Origin: the human T2T-CHM13v2.0 reference genome, Homo sapiens
NCBI RefSeq assembly: GCF_009914755.1
Contig: NC_060934.1
Reading direction: 5' to 3' (one strand)
Length of the DNA stretch: 64,000 nucleotides
Under the pieces are notes generated by a model. The model saw only the letters and a list, made by a program, of their open reading frames with translations. It searched no databases and had not been told where the DNA came from. Positions 1-13,754 of the stretch are shown piece after piece. A program made the position numbers and the translations under genes. Numbering within the stretch: position 1 is the stretch's first letter; the number at the start of each line of letters is the position of its first letter.

Positions 1-217
<217 letters not shown>

Positions 218-409
218 TGTTGTTGGATAAAGTAGAAACATGTATATATACTTATAATATTCATGCACATCTATCTTTCTATCACAACAATAATTAATGT
301 AAAGTATTGTTTTGTTCTTGTTACTCATTGTGCCTAGGAATTTGGTTCACATGTGACTGCTAATGTCAGTGCTGCTGTGATCTCAGGTACACAAAGTAAT
401 GAATGAACA

Positions 410-625
410 CTTGGCCTCTGGAGTCCATAGATGGGGCAGAGATCAGTTCCTCACTTGTGTACTGAGTAACTTGGTAGCTAAACTCTTTTAGCATCAGTTT
501 TCTCATCCAGAAAATGGTGATCATAAAATAATTCTCATGAGGCTGTTGGGAGGATTGAATCAAATTAGATAACATAGGTGATGTGCCTCATCTTGTGAGA
601 TATATGGAAGGCACTTAGAAAATGG
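410..625 (+). mobile_element. MIR SINE remnant
   Basis: Degenerate MIR core CAGTTTTCTCATCCAGAAAATGG ... CTCATGAGGCTGTTGGGAGGATT ... GCACTTAGAA. Confidence 0.7.
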
Positions 626-1082
626 TAGATGGCACAGAATGGTGGGAAGTTAATTGGATCCCAAAGGACTCATACATGTGAACTTGTCCTTCATAACTTA
701 TTCTTCAGCATTTCAAGGCTGCTTCAATACAATATACTACTCTATCATTCATCATTTTAGTGACTATCTCTACTTACCTATGTTGTACCAGTTCTTCCAT
801 TAATAAAATGAATTCATTTTTAGATATTAAAATTCTCTTTCTGATTGAATGCCATTTCCCAATATCCCCCAAGGCAATGTTTTCAAAAGTTTCCCACAGA
901 ATAGTAACACAGACGGAAACACTGCCAATTAAATGCTGTGTGGACAAAAGAAGGTTGAAAAACACTATGTATACTGTCTCTCTTTTGCAGAGTCACAGGC
1001 ATAACAAGAAATCTTTTAATAAAAATATCAGTTTTTCTTAGTGTAATCTTGTATTTCCCAAGCAATTTTGCTAACTGAATTC

Positions 1083-3270
1083 TTTTTATTTTTACTTTAT
1101 TATTATTTTTAACTGGGGGTGAAATACACATAATGTCTTAATCATTTTTAAGTGTACAGTTTAATGGCATTAAGTACATTCATATTGTTGCGCAATCATC
1201 ACCACCATCCATCTCCAGGACTCTTGATCTTGTAAAACAGAAACTATACCCATTGAATTATAACTTCTCGTTTCTCTCCCCTCACCTCCAGCAACTATGA
1301 TCGTACTTTCTGGCTCTATCAGTTTGACTGTTCTAGGCACGTCAGGTAAGTGGAATCATGCAGTATTTGTCCTTTTGTGACTGGCTTCTTTCACTTAGTA
1401 TGATGTCCTCAAGGTTCATCTATGTTGTAGCATCTGTCAGAATGTTCTTTCTTTTTAAGGTGGAATAATACTCCCTCGTTTGTATGTACTGCATTTTGTT
1501 TATCCATTCACCCATCAATGGGCGCTTGGGTTGCTCCTAACTATTGGCTATCATGAAAAATGCAACTATGAACATGCATGTACAAACATCCTATGAAAGA
1601 GAACCTGCTTTTAATTTTTTGGGTATATACACAGAGGTAGAATTGCTGCGTCATCTGGTAATTCTGTTTAATATTTTGTAGAACTGCCATACTGCGTTCC
1701 ATAGTGGCTGTGTCACTTTACATTGCTCTAACAGTGCACAAGAGTTCCAGTTTCTCCAAATCCTTACCAATACTTGTTATTTTGTGTTTGCATCTTTGTT
1801 TAATAGTAGCCATCCCAAAGGGTGTAAGGTGTATCTCGTCGTGGTTTTGACGTGCATTTACTTACTAATTAGTGATGTCTAACATGTTTTCATGTACTTC
1901 CTGGCCATTTGTGTAATTTCTTTGGAGAAATATCTGTTCAAGTCCTTTGCTTATTTTAAATTTTTTTTTCTTGTTCAGTTGTAGGAGTTACTTATATGTT
2001 CTGGATATTTATGATTTGCAGATGACTTTTCCCATTACTTAGATTGCCTTTTTGTTGATTCTGTCCTTTGATGCACAGTAATTTTAAATTTTGATGTAGT
2101 CTTGTTTATCTGTATTTCTTTTGTTGCCTGTTTTTGGTGTCATATCTAAAAAATCATTGCCAAATCCAATGTCATCAAGCTTTTCCTTTATGTTTTCTTA
2201 GGAGCATTGTAGTTCTAGATTTTATGTTTAGATCTTTGATCCATTTTGAGTTAACTTTTGTCTGTGGTGTAAGGTAAGGGTCCAACTTCATTCCTTTGCA
2301 TGTGGACATCGCGCTTTCCCTGCATCATTTGTTGAAAAGATTGTTCTTTCCCCATCAAATGGCCTTGGCACCTTTGTCCAAATCATTTGACTATATATGT
2401 AAGGGTTTGTTTCTGGGCTCTTTATATGCCTGTCTTTATGGAAATACCACACTGTTTTGATTATGGTAGATTTATAGTAAGTTTTGAAACAGGAATTGTG
2501 AAACCTACAACTTCGTTCTTTTCTTTCAAGATTGATTTTTTTATTTGGGGTCTTTTGAGATTCCATATGAATTTTAACATGGTTGTTCCTAATTCTTCAG
2601 AAAATCCCATTAGGATTTTGATAGGAATTGCATTAAATTTGTAGATTGCTTTGGGTAGTAATGACATTTTAACAATATTGATTGTTCCAATTCATAAACA
2701 TGAGTTGTCTTTCACTTGCTGATTGTATTAATCTGTTCTCATGCTGCTAATAAACACACACGTGAGACTGGGTAATTTATAAAGAAAAGAGGTATAAGGG
2801 ACTCACAGTTCCACATGGCTGGGGAGGCCTCACAATCATGGCAGAAAGTGAATGGGGAGCAAAGTCACGTCTTACATGGCAGCAGGCAAGAGAGTGTGTG
2901 CGGGGGAACTCCCATTGATAAAACCATCGTATCTCCTGAGACTTATTCACTACCACAAGAACAGTATGGGAGAAACCGCCCCCATGATTCAATTATCTCC
3001 ACCTGGCCTTGCCCTTGACACATGGGGATTATTACAATTCAAGGTGAGATTTGGGTGGGGACACAGTCAAACCATATCATTAATATCGTCTTTAATTTCT
3101 TTCAGTAACATTTTGTTTTCAGTGTACAAGTTTTCACCTGCATAGTTAAGTTTATTACTAAGCATTTTATCCTCTTTTGATTCTATTGTAAATATAATTG
3201 TTTTTCTAATATCCTTCTGGGATTGTTCATTGTTAGTGTATAGGAAGCAAAGGATTTCTGTTGAGTTCTT
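1083..3270 (-). mobile_element. L1MB-like LINE-1 3' portion, split by a THE1 LTR
   Basis: Antisense L1MB-type 3' end (TTTTAAGTGTACAG...CATCACCACCATCCATCTCCAG). Minus-strand ORF2 remnants ([27 protein letters not shown]). Resumes after 3084. Confidence 0.85.
2724..3079 (-). mobile_element. THE1-family (MaLR) solo LTR
   Basis: Reverse complement runs TGATATGGTTTGACTGTGTCCCCACCCAAATCTC ... TAATACA, about 355 bp. TSD degenerate. Confidence 0.92.
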
Positions 3271-3555
3271 TTTATTCCCACATAATATCTCAACATCCTT
3301 TAAAACTGGTGTTCTGAAAAGCACAGTTTACTACTCAAAGCAATAAGCTTTGGAAATACCACTCAAAGGGAGATACTTTTTGTTGTTATTATTGCTGTTG
3401 GAAAATCTTTCTTTCAGCTTATTTGCTTTTTCACATCATTTAGAGAGCTTTGTTGATGTCGTTTGTAACATTTATGATGAATCATGTTCTTATTTATTTT
3501 GAGGAAAAAGCCCTAGAATATTTGAATAATATCATAGTTGAATAAAAGTTGATTT

Positions 3556-4289
<734 letters not shown>

Positions 4290-5487
4290 TAGTAATTCTG
4301 CACCTAAGCTTTCTAACCTGTAAGACATAGTAACAACACCAAACACCAAATGTATTTTTGTTATAATCAAAGAAGATTTTATATCTATATATTTATAGAT
4401 ATATTTCATTTTAGGCAGTGTTTTGGATTGAAGATGAACAGTGTGTATTATATTTGTACTTTGCTATTGGTTCTATATGTTCTAAGTTAAAATATTAAAA
4501 AACTTTTAAACATTAAATCTCTTAGTTCATGGAAAAATGAAGAAATACATGCAAATGGTAGGGTTTGAAATACCATTAATTTGTTTCTATAATTTAGGCT
4601 TGTCAGTATTGCTAGACTTATTAATTTCTTTGACATTGATCAAATGTCTGTTGTTTGAAAGCACAAAAGTCAATTGTATTTTCTGAGTAGGGGCATCAGA
4701 TGAGAAGTTCCTAAACATGATTTCTGAGAAACATTGAGCAAACTAGTAAGTGAGAAAGAATCAGGTCCTTACTTCTTGGCAGCAGTCTTCCCTTCTCTTC
4801 ATTATAAAACCCAACTGTTTTTTTTTTAATTTAGGCCTATGTATAATGTAAGAATTAATTCATTGAAAAGGATAAAACACCATTGCTGCACTTCAAATCA
4901 CTGACTGTAGAGACTAGTAATCCATAGAGATACGACCTGCTATCTTTTCTCTTTCCCTTATTCAAGGTTGTGGAACAGATTTCCCCCAAAGATTGCTATT
5001 ATTTTTGTCTTTAATCTCAGTCCTTTCATAAGAGTTTAAACTAACTTCTTATTGCTACCTTTGGAGGTGGCATTGCTATTATCTCTGAGGTGATAACGGG
5101 CTTTCTGCTGCACAGAATATTGTTGCAGTCATTTCCCAAACGGCTTACCACCTAAGCAGGAAATCCCATTCTAGGGTAAAATATCTTAAATGAGAAACAT
5201 CACCAGTGCCCGGTTACTTATTCCCTAACTATGGTTAGAAAGAGATTTTAGTTCCTTGAGAAGTCCTTCTGTTATGAGCGGGGGATCAGCACTTGTGTAT
5301 CTCCTAGAGGTGTCCCTGGTTTTCTGAATGTGTAATCTGGTGTCTGCAGGCAGCTTTGCTCTGTGCTTATGGTCAGTGAGAGGGCTGCATTTAGTATCAT
5401 CAGTTCACCCTACTTGCCAGAGCCCTCCGTCCCAGCAGTGTTGAGAAATAGCAGTTTTCTCTCTAAAATGACAAATGTTGAAGAATG

Positions 5488-5950
<463 letters not shown>

Positions 5951-6689
5951 CCTACATTGTGAATAGTACCAGCACACACAGGAAAGACAACTGCAAGGTG
6001 GTGGGGAGGGAGCTTACGGTTGAGATTGGAAAAGAGCTGAGGAGGGTACTGAGGTGGGAAGACAATGGAGAGAGGCTTTCAGAAGGGAGGGAAGTGTTGC
6101 GTCTCCATCCTTGAGGCTGCAGATGATAGAGAATACCTGCCTTTCTGGGACAGTGGAGGGGCCGGAGTGATTGGGGTGGAACTTTCCCCTGCCATTCCAA
6201 GGGGCCTGAGGTCAGGGCATGGGCAGAACTCCAAGGTGCCACCTCCACAACAATAAAGTGATTCCTTCCTTCAATCAAACAGACCCAATTACTGGGAGGA
6301 AAAAAACCAAGACATTCTAAACCAAGCCGTTTGACAGGAGAAAGTTAAAATAGTCACCATGTCACTGCTGGAGTCAAGCCTCAACCCTCTGACAGGTTTT
6401 TAACAGGTGAAATCTATTCCATTAGTAATTCCCTATAGGACACCATGACAGCTGCCTGAGCTCCCAGTTCCCATGTTTACGCTATTATTTTCCTGAGGCC
6501 CCGTTGTTTTCCTTAGGCCCCAGATACAAACTTGGGATAATCAACAAACTAATTTTGTCCCCTTTTTCGTGAACTCCCCAGCAGAGAATTACTCCACTTT
6601 TTTCAGCTCCAAGACACTGCCTTATCTGAAAGATGCTAATAGGATGGCATCTGCATAGACAGGGATCATAAATATTCAGATCAATTCCA

Positions 6690-7430
6690 TGTAGTACTTG
6701 TTATGTGCTTAGCTGTGGCTCTGACAAAAGATGAGTAAAACATAGTTGTAATCCTCAGAGAAACAGGGTAATTGTTTGTGGGGGGAAATGAGGAGATGCT
6801 AAAAATTAAGCATGAAGGACTCTTATGTTTACAGGAGAATTCTACACCAAAACGCTAAAATTCAGGGAGATACATAGCAAAGGACCCAAATGGGCCCACT
6901 AGAGAAGGAATTTTAGTATATATGTGTGGGGTAAGTCAGATCGGTGTGGGTTTGTGGTAATACAGGAAGGCTTTATGAATGAATTGGGACTTGGTCTTTA
7001 GGAATGAATAGGAGTTGGGTCGACAGAGTGGTTGGTGAGAGGACATTCCAGAAGGAGAAGCAGGACAGCAGAGTGTTGGGAGAAGGACACGGGCATGAAG
7101 CTCAAGGAGAGAAGGACACAGCCTGATTGATTTAAGTGGGGCAGGGAAAGACAATGTTAGGAGTGACATGTTACCACTAAATTATGGGAGGCTATAAAGA
7201 TGAAATGGTTGCTCTTATTTTTTTTTCCCAGAGAAATTAGAAGCTGTTGAAGTTATTTGAGCAAGAGACTTGTGAATGAATAAATTTACTTATTAATTTC
7301 TTGGAAAAAAGGAGTGCTTTAGATGCTGAGAAGCAAGAAGCTAGGGAGACCAGTTGGGAGACTGATTTAGCAGCTTTAGGGGAATGAAATATTCTTGGAT
7401 TCAAGTTGTGGCAATGAGGACAGAAATGAT
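6690..7430 (-). mobile_element. L2 remnant
   Basis: Purine-rich L2-like motifs (GGAAGGCTTTATG, GGACATTCCAG, GCTAGGGAGACCAGTTGGGAG). Boundaries approximate. Confidence 0.55.
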
Positions 7431-7448
7431 TAGAAAAAAATAACATAA

Positions 7449-7545
7449 GCCTGGACAACATGGTGAAACCTGTCTCTACAAAAAATACAAAAATTTCAGC
7501 CTGTCACCAAAAACAAAAAACAAAACAAAACAAAAAACCCAAAAC
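7449..7545 (+). mobile_element. Alu fragment (end of left arm and linker joined to tail)
   Basis: AGCCTGGACAACATGGTGAAACCTGTCTCTACAAAAAATACAAAAATT, then CCTGTCACC and (CAAAA)n. Confidence 0.8.
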
Positions 7546-7547
7546 AT

Positions 7548-7790
7548 AGCACTATGATGTGCCAGATGCTTTTCTGTCTTTTACCATAATTATATTACTT
7601 ATTTACTCCTTGGAAAAACTCTTAATGAGGTATGTAAAATGTAATCGTTCCCATATTGGTGTAATTGTACATACCTCACCCATTTTATAGATCGGAAAAC
7701 TGAGGCAATGAGCAGTTGTGTAACTTTTCCGTGGCATGTGGCACAGCCTCGATCCAATCAGGCAAACTGATGACACAGTCTGTACTGTTA
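7548..7790 (-). mobile_element. MIR remnant
   Basis: CCCATTTTATAGATCGGAAAACTGAGGCA, the antisense MIR core. Confidence 0.65.
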
Positions 7791-8090
7791 AAACTGCTAA
7801 ATCCTTTTGCCTCTGGGATGGGTAAAGGGGCTGTTTATGAAGAAACACAGATAATATTTGGAAAATCTATAATGTATGGGAAGACAGGCAGCATCACTCT
7901 CTGGATAGCTTTTAACTGTTTTTTCTTTAACATATTGTGTTATTTGAATTAAAGATATATAATATACTTTTAAAATAGAATGATGGGAGATAAATTTAAA
8001 AATTTCTGTGATTTGATTTTAAAGGAGTAGAGAAAACTTAAATCTGTTTATTCAAATGCTTCTAAAATGATAGGTTTTTATATTTTCTAG

Positions 8091-8143
8091 GAATAACTTG
8101 TGCATCTTGAGGTGTTGATTTGTCAGAAATGCAATTTGGAATT
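8091..8143 (+). other. Candidate spliced exon (53 nt), 5'UTR/start-codon type
   Basis: Acceptor TTTTTATATTTTCTAG|G and donor ATT|GTAAGT in repeat-free sequence. Stops in all 3 frames. ATG at 8129 (G at -3) gives MQFGI ending in phase 0. Confidence 0.5.
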
Positions 8144-9689
8144 GTAAGTGTAAATGATTGATTTATACTATGTCTTGAACCCATATGAGGCCTTCTGTTC
8201 ATAACACATTAGTTGATGGTAGGATTTGTAGCAAAATCCACACATTTTCCTTATATGGTGGGCAATTTGCCAGAAAGCTTTTGGGTAACTTGCTAATGTG
8301 CCAATAAATAGCCTGTTTTTAGCTCCGCTATCTTAAGAATACTCCATTCTTATATTTGAAGACATAAAAAGACTATAGGGAAGAGGATTTTTATCACTTC
8401 CTCAGTTCTTACTCTTTATTTAAGTGGGGAATTACATTTCTAAAGAAAAGACAATCTCTCATTCGGCGTTGGTTACTAAGTATGTCGTTTTCGTCTTTCT
8501 TTGGGGGAAAATTTTAAGTTGTTTTATAAAAATTCTAATAGTTTTATTAGATTACAAACCAACCCTGGAAGAACATTTCCATTAATATAATATTTGACTG
8601 GATTTGTGTTTCTGAGCTTAATGATGGGAGAGAGAAGATATTAAAGATCTCAAAATGAATGTTTGAAAACATTTTACTGGTCTTGTCCTTATTATAATTT
8701 CTTTTTAACTTTGTTCTGGTTTAAAGCACATTTTATTTCAAACAAGGTGGATACATAGGAGTAAACTTTTATTTGATAAATTTTTAAAGAAGAACGGAGA
8801 ATAGTCATTAAAGTGTAATAGATCAGGATAACTTTTATTTTTAAGAGAATTGAAATTTTCTTTGTTATACAGATAATTTTGGACATGTTGGGTATTTTAG
8901 TGCAAAGATTCAAGCTCTTTCTTACATTTGTGGTTATTTGCAAAACAGGAGAAGAATATTCAAGGCTCCTGATGAAAGAAGCCTGTCTTTTCAGGAAAAA
9001 CACTTCTCTTTCCAGGCATTTTCAGAATTTGCTTTGGAAATTTTGTTGGTCATTTAATTCTTGTTCGTGTTATCTAATGTAATCGAGTTATTTCATTTCC
9101 ATGCAGGAATATGTGGCTTAATAAACCATTTGTAACAACACTTAGAATTTCTAAGTGAAAGACTTTAGTGTTCCTATATGTAAACACAACAGGCAAGTTA
9201 ACTTCAGAATTGCTAGGAGATAAAACACCAGACTAATTTTTGTGAAGTCTTGACTCACTAGATTTACCTAAAGGAAGGAAAAAGAAAAAGAAATAAAACC
9301 GAAATGAAAAGATCTGTTTGTCTTCAAATGATATTACTCAAGCAGTAATATCATCTGATATTTACTCAAGCAGTGATTGCTGTGATTTAAGTTGCAAGTT
9401 TTGTGACGTGTAAATAAAATCAGATTTATGATAGCAAAAATATAGTCTGATAAGTTGCTGTGTATATTGATGACCTTCTAGTCATTGTAGATCTTAGGAT
9501 AAGGAATATAGTTTCTCCATATGCATATTATTTCAATATTAACATGATAGGAAAATGCAGAAGTTTAGTTATGACCTAGTGCCAAAGTTGTACAGGCCTG
9601 CATGAGTTGGTAAAAAGAAAGTACACTGGGAGGAAAAGTAATAAATGAACATTTAAATTATATTTCCAATTATAAAAACAACACAGTGG

Positions 9690-10120
9690 CAATATCAACA
9701 ACATGAAAGTACAGAGAAGCAGAAAGATGGAAGAAAAACTACCTATAACTCACAACCTGGAAACAACTATTGTTAACTGTATTATATTTCCTTCCAGAAT
9801 TCTTTATTCTGCCATATGAATACAACTGATTGGAATCATATTTAATTATATATTTTTCTTTATTTGTTTTTCACTTAACATTGTATCAGGACCATATCAT
9901 TAAAATTTTTTGAACATTTAATTTTTAATAGCTGCAAAATAATCAGGATATAATGTGTTATAATTTATTTAATTACTTCTTTATTTGGACATTTGGTTCA
10001 ATTTCCACTTCATCTTTGTTACAAATAATGGGTAATGACCATCTAGATATATACATTTTTGTCATCTTCACCTCATTGTTTCCTCTGAGTTGATTTCTAG
10101 AATTGGAACTACTGGGTTAT
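9690..10120 (-). mobile_element. Ancient L1ME-like remnant
   Basis: Degenerate L1M 3' motifs (TTTTCACTTAACATT, TTGGACATTTGG, TTTCTAGAATTGGAACTACTGGGT). Confidence 0.45.
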
Positions 10121-10138
10121 TTATTCATTTAATCATTC

Positions 10139-10839
10139 TGTTACGGTAGGTAGCTAGTCAGGCATGAGCAGGGCAGGAGAGGCCCCCCACCCCCACCAGG
10201 AATGTCAGGTGACCATCAGGCGGTGGTCAGACTGTTGTTACACTAGTTCTCTAAAATAATTGGTCACAGCTGGTGTCAGGGAAAGGCAGCCTCCTAATAG
10301 ATAGAAAACACCTGAAACTGGTGATCAGCAGGTTCCCAGTAAGATCTAAGGATTTGGGTGAGTGGGCACAGGCATGCCCATTAAGAGGCCAAATAGCAGC
10401 GGTTAATTGGTATATGGCCTCCTAAGTATATTTGACTGGTAAGGGAAGAACACTTCAAGTGAGCGTGCATGTAACTCCAGTAAAGACACTGCGCATGTTC
10501 ACCTCTCAAGTGCTAGCAGGCCATTGCGCATGCGGACAGCCCACCTCCAGGGAAGAATCAGAGGAGAAGGGACGGAAGGCCTCGGAAGTATGCCAACATA
10601 TAAAACCCTACCTCAAAGGTCAAATGGGGCACTTGATCTCTCAACTCGCCTGCTTTGTCTTCTTCCGAGTGTTCTTTCCTTCCTTTCATTCCTGTTCTAA
10701 AGATTTTTAATAAACTTTCACTTCTGCTCTAAAACTTGCCTCGGCCTCTCCTTTTTGCCTTATCCCTCTCAGTTGAACTCTTCTGAGGAGGCAAGAATTG
10801 AGGTTGCCTCGGACCCGTATGGATTCATGGCTGGTAACA
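10139..10839 (+). mobile_element. ERV1 solo LTR, MER50-like
   Basis: TGTTAC...GTAACA inverted termini and perfect 4-bp TSD ATTC (10135-10138, 10840-10843). TATAAAA 10599-10605, AATAAA 10709-10714. Start and end resemble the MER50 consensus. Confidence 0.85.
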
Positions 10840-11224
10840 ATTCCTGCGACAAAAACATTTTCGAATGCTAACTTTGCGCTATAAAACATTTTTTCCAGTT
10901 CAGCTGTTTTTAAAGTTTATTCACAAAGTTATGCAACCATCACCACTATCTAATTTTAAACATTTTCAAGTCCTCAGAAATACATTCTGCTGCCTCCCTT
11001 CTCCATACCCATTCAAGTGTCACTGTCCATTCTGCCTTTTCCTCATCCCCTGTAAACCACAGAAACCATGAGCTTTCCATTTCTAGAATCTGCCTACCCT
11101 GGAGATTTTATATATATATGTGCAATAAAACGTTTTTAAGTCTTTTGATACAAGGTGTAAAATTGCTATCCAAAGTGACTCTGCCAACTTTTTGATGCTT
11201 ATGCCAAACATAACTACCTCTTGG

Positions 11225-11711
11225 TGTTTCTGCCCTCATGTAGTCCTTTTCCTAATGAATAGCATCAACCTATGTAAACCAACATGTGGTTACAGAAACA
11301 CAGACTGGTCATAAAGGCGATGATGGCATCTGCTTTGCTTCCTCTTAGATCTCCTGCCCTGGGAGAAGCCAGCTGCCATATCATGAGAACGTGTAAGCAT
11401 CCTTGAGGAGCGGTCCATGTGGTAAGTGAGGTACAGAAGGCTCCTGCCAAGAGCCAGCAGGGTCTTGAGTTCTCCAGTCAACAACTGTAAGCGTGAGCCA
11501 TTTTGCAAACAGATCCTTCATTCCTCACCCAGCTTTCCAGTGACTGCAGCCCTGGCCAACCTCTTGATGGCCTCCTCATGAGAGCTGATGAGCCAGGACC
11601 ACCCAGTGAAGCCATTCCTGGATTCGTGTCCTGCAGACACGGTAAGATAATAAATATTTAATTTGCTACATTTGGGGGGTAATTTGTTACACATCAATAG
11701 ATAACTAATAC
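11225..11711 (+). mobile_element. MLT1 (F-like) MaLR LTR
   Basis: GAAGCCAGCTGCCATATC, GACTGCAGCCCTGGCCAAC and terminal TTTGGGGGTAATTTGTTACACATCAATAGATAACTAATA. Confidence 0.8.
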
Positions 11712-12108
11712 TCATTCCTATCAGCATTTGTAATAGAATTCTTGCTGATGTTGTCATTTTTTCAGTTATTTTGGCAGATAAAAATCATCTTATTGTTTTA
11801 CTTTGCACATTTTGGTTAATAGTTTTCTCATGTTTATTAATCATTTTTTTCTTCTTCCAATGGTGATTTACATTTATCCATTTTTCTGTCAGGGTTTCAG
11901 TTTTTATTCCTTTAGGATTTGCATTTCTGCTAAAAACTAATACAAAAGCAAAGTTATCAATAGGGGCCATGAAGAAGCCTCAGAAATGCACAATTCATAG
12001 ATTTTCTTAGATTCACAAAGTGACAAGATTTGGGCAACAAATTATGCTTAAAGATGATGTTTGGCATTTCACCTGGTAATATTTGCTTCTTTGGTAACTG
12101 AAGCAAAA

Positions 12109-12685
12109 TGTGGAAGATTTTGTATTCCAAAAATGCCACAGCAGCATTTCCCAACCTGCACCATGAGTTTAACACTCTTCCCACTAAGTGCTAGGGTCAA
12201 GAGTGGCCTTGAATCTGGATGGGCTAGGGACTGTGCAGCCAGGCCATGTGACTTTTGAAGGGGAATCATAGAAGATGCTATAGCTCCTGCCTGGATTTTT
12301 TTTTTTTTTTTTTTTGATGCTCATTCTTAGAGCTCAGATACCCCGATGTGAGGAAATGCAAATTAGCCCACTTTAAGAGGGCACTTTGAGCGTCTACTGT
12401 AGGTTTTCAGCCAACTGCCCAGCTGAGGTTCTAGTCAACAACCAGCACCAATGGCCAAATATGCAAGTGAAGTTGCCTCTGCATGATTCTGGCTCCAAGG
12501 AATTGAGTCACCTCCAACCTTCTAGTCTTTCCAGCTGAGGTTGTAAATTTCTTGGAGCAGAAACAGCCAAGTGCACTCTGCTTTGTCTGAATTCCTGACC
12601 TAAAGAACCTGTGCATGATATAATCATGTTGCTTTATGCTTTTAAGTTTTAGGTAGTTTGTTATATAGCAATAGGAATTGGAACA
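12109..12685 (+). mobile_element. MLT1 (G/H-like) MaLR LTR
   Basis: TGTGGAAGATTTTGTATTCC start, GAATTCCTGACC, terminal TAAGTTTTAGGTAGTTTGTTATATAGCAATAGGAATTGGAACA. Confidence 0.8.
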
Positions 12686-13183
12686 GCTACCATATAAGGA
12701 AAAGTAGATTGGTTAGACATTTTATTATTGTTTAAATTTTTTCTTTGTATTTCTATACAATGTCTATACAAATGGTTAGGTATTTTTAATCCACGTTTTA
12801 GGATGCTCAGGACATACAGGCAAAGAGAGAGGGGAGTGGTGTTTTCAGGATGTATTAATTGGGGCTTTCTATTGAAACAGAGCCAATACGATGGAGATAT
12901 ATGCGTGTGTGTGTATATCTCTATACATATATAAATATAACATTTATATATAAAATTATATTAAATTATTATATATAATTTATTATATACAATATATTTC
13001 ATATAATTATATTTATAAATATATAATATATAAATTATATATTATAAATTATATAAATTATATAATTTAATATATATACATTATATGTATTAAAATTTTA
13101 AACAATAATAAAATGTGTAACCAATCTACTTTTCCTTATATGGTAGCTGTTCCAATTCCAGTTGCTACATAACAAACCACCCA
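12650..13183. repeat. 87-bp inverted repeat (arms 12650-12736 and 13097-13183)
   Basis: Manual alignment gives 81/87 identity with a 42-bp perfect core and a 360-bp spacer. Confidence 0.95.
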
Positions 13184-13652
13184 ATATATAATATATATAT
13201 ATATATGAAATTGGCTTATGCAATTGCAAGGCTGGTATGTCCCACTATCTGCCATCTGCAAAGTGGAGAACAAAGAAAGTATTTGGTATAATTCAATCTG
13301 ATTCTGAAGGCTTGAGAAACAGAGGATGGGAAGGGTTGGGTAGGGTGCTGGTATAAGTCCTGAGTCAGAAGGCCTGAGATGTCCGAGGGCAAGAGAAGAT
13401 GAATGTTCCAGCTCAAGAAGACAGAGGACTCACCTTTCCTCCACATTTTAATTCTTTTCAGGCTCTGACTGTTCAGGCATTGAATGGTGCCCACCCTCAT
13501 TGGTGAGGGCAGATCTTTTTTACACAGTCTGCTGATTCTAATGATAGTCTCTTTTGGAAACACACTCACAGATGCGCGGAGAAATAATGTTTTGCCAGCT
13601 ATCTGGGCATCCCTTAGCTCAGTCAAGTTGGCACATAATATTAACCATCACA
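12851..13652 (-). mobile_element. MLT2B-like ERVL LTR with expanded internal (TA)n
   Basis: TGTATTA start, GAAACAGAGCCAATA, AATTGGCTTATGCAATT, terminal CAAGTTGGCACATAATATTAACCATCACA. Confidence 0.85.
12905..13206. repeat. (TA)-rich low-complexity tract, interrupted at 13097-13183
   Basis: Almost pure A/T with TATA/ATAAT units. Confidence 0.9.
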
Positions 13653-13754
13653 TATGATTTCCTAATGTTAGTATTAGTCCGCTAGTGGATTCTTTCCATA
13701 CTTTTTCAAAGTTATAACTGGTGATAAAAACATAATGGAGACATTTTACAGTTA

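Noticed and set aside
13216-13626. 136-aa ORF on the minus strand
   Set aside because: Entirely within the MLT2 LTR.
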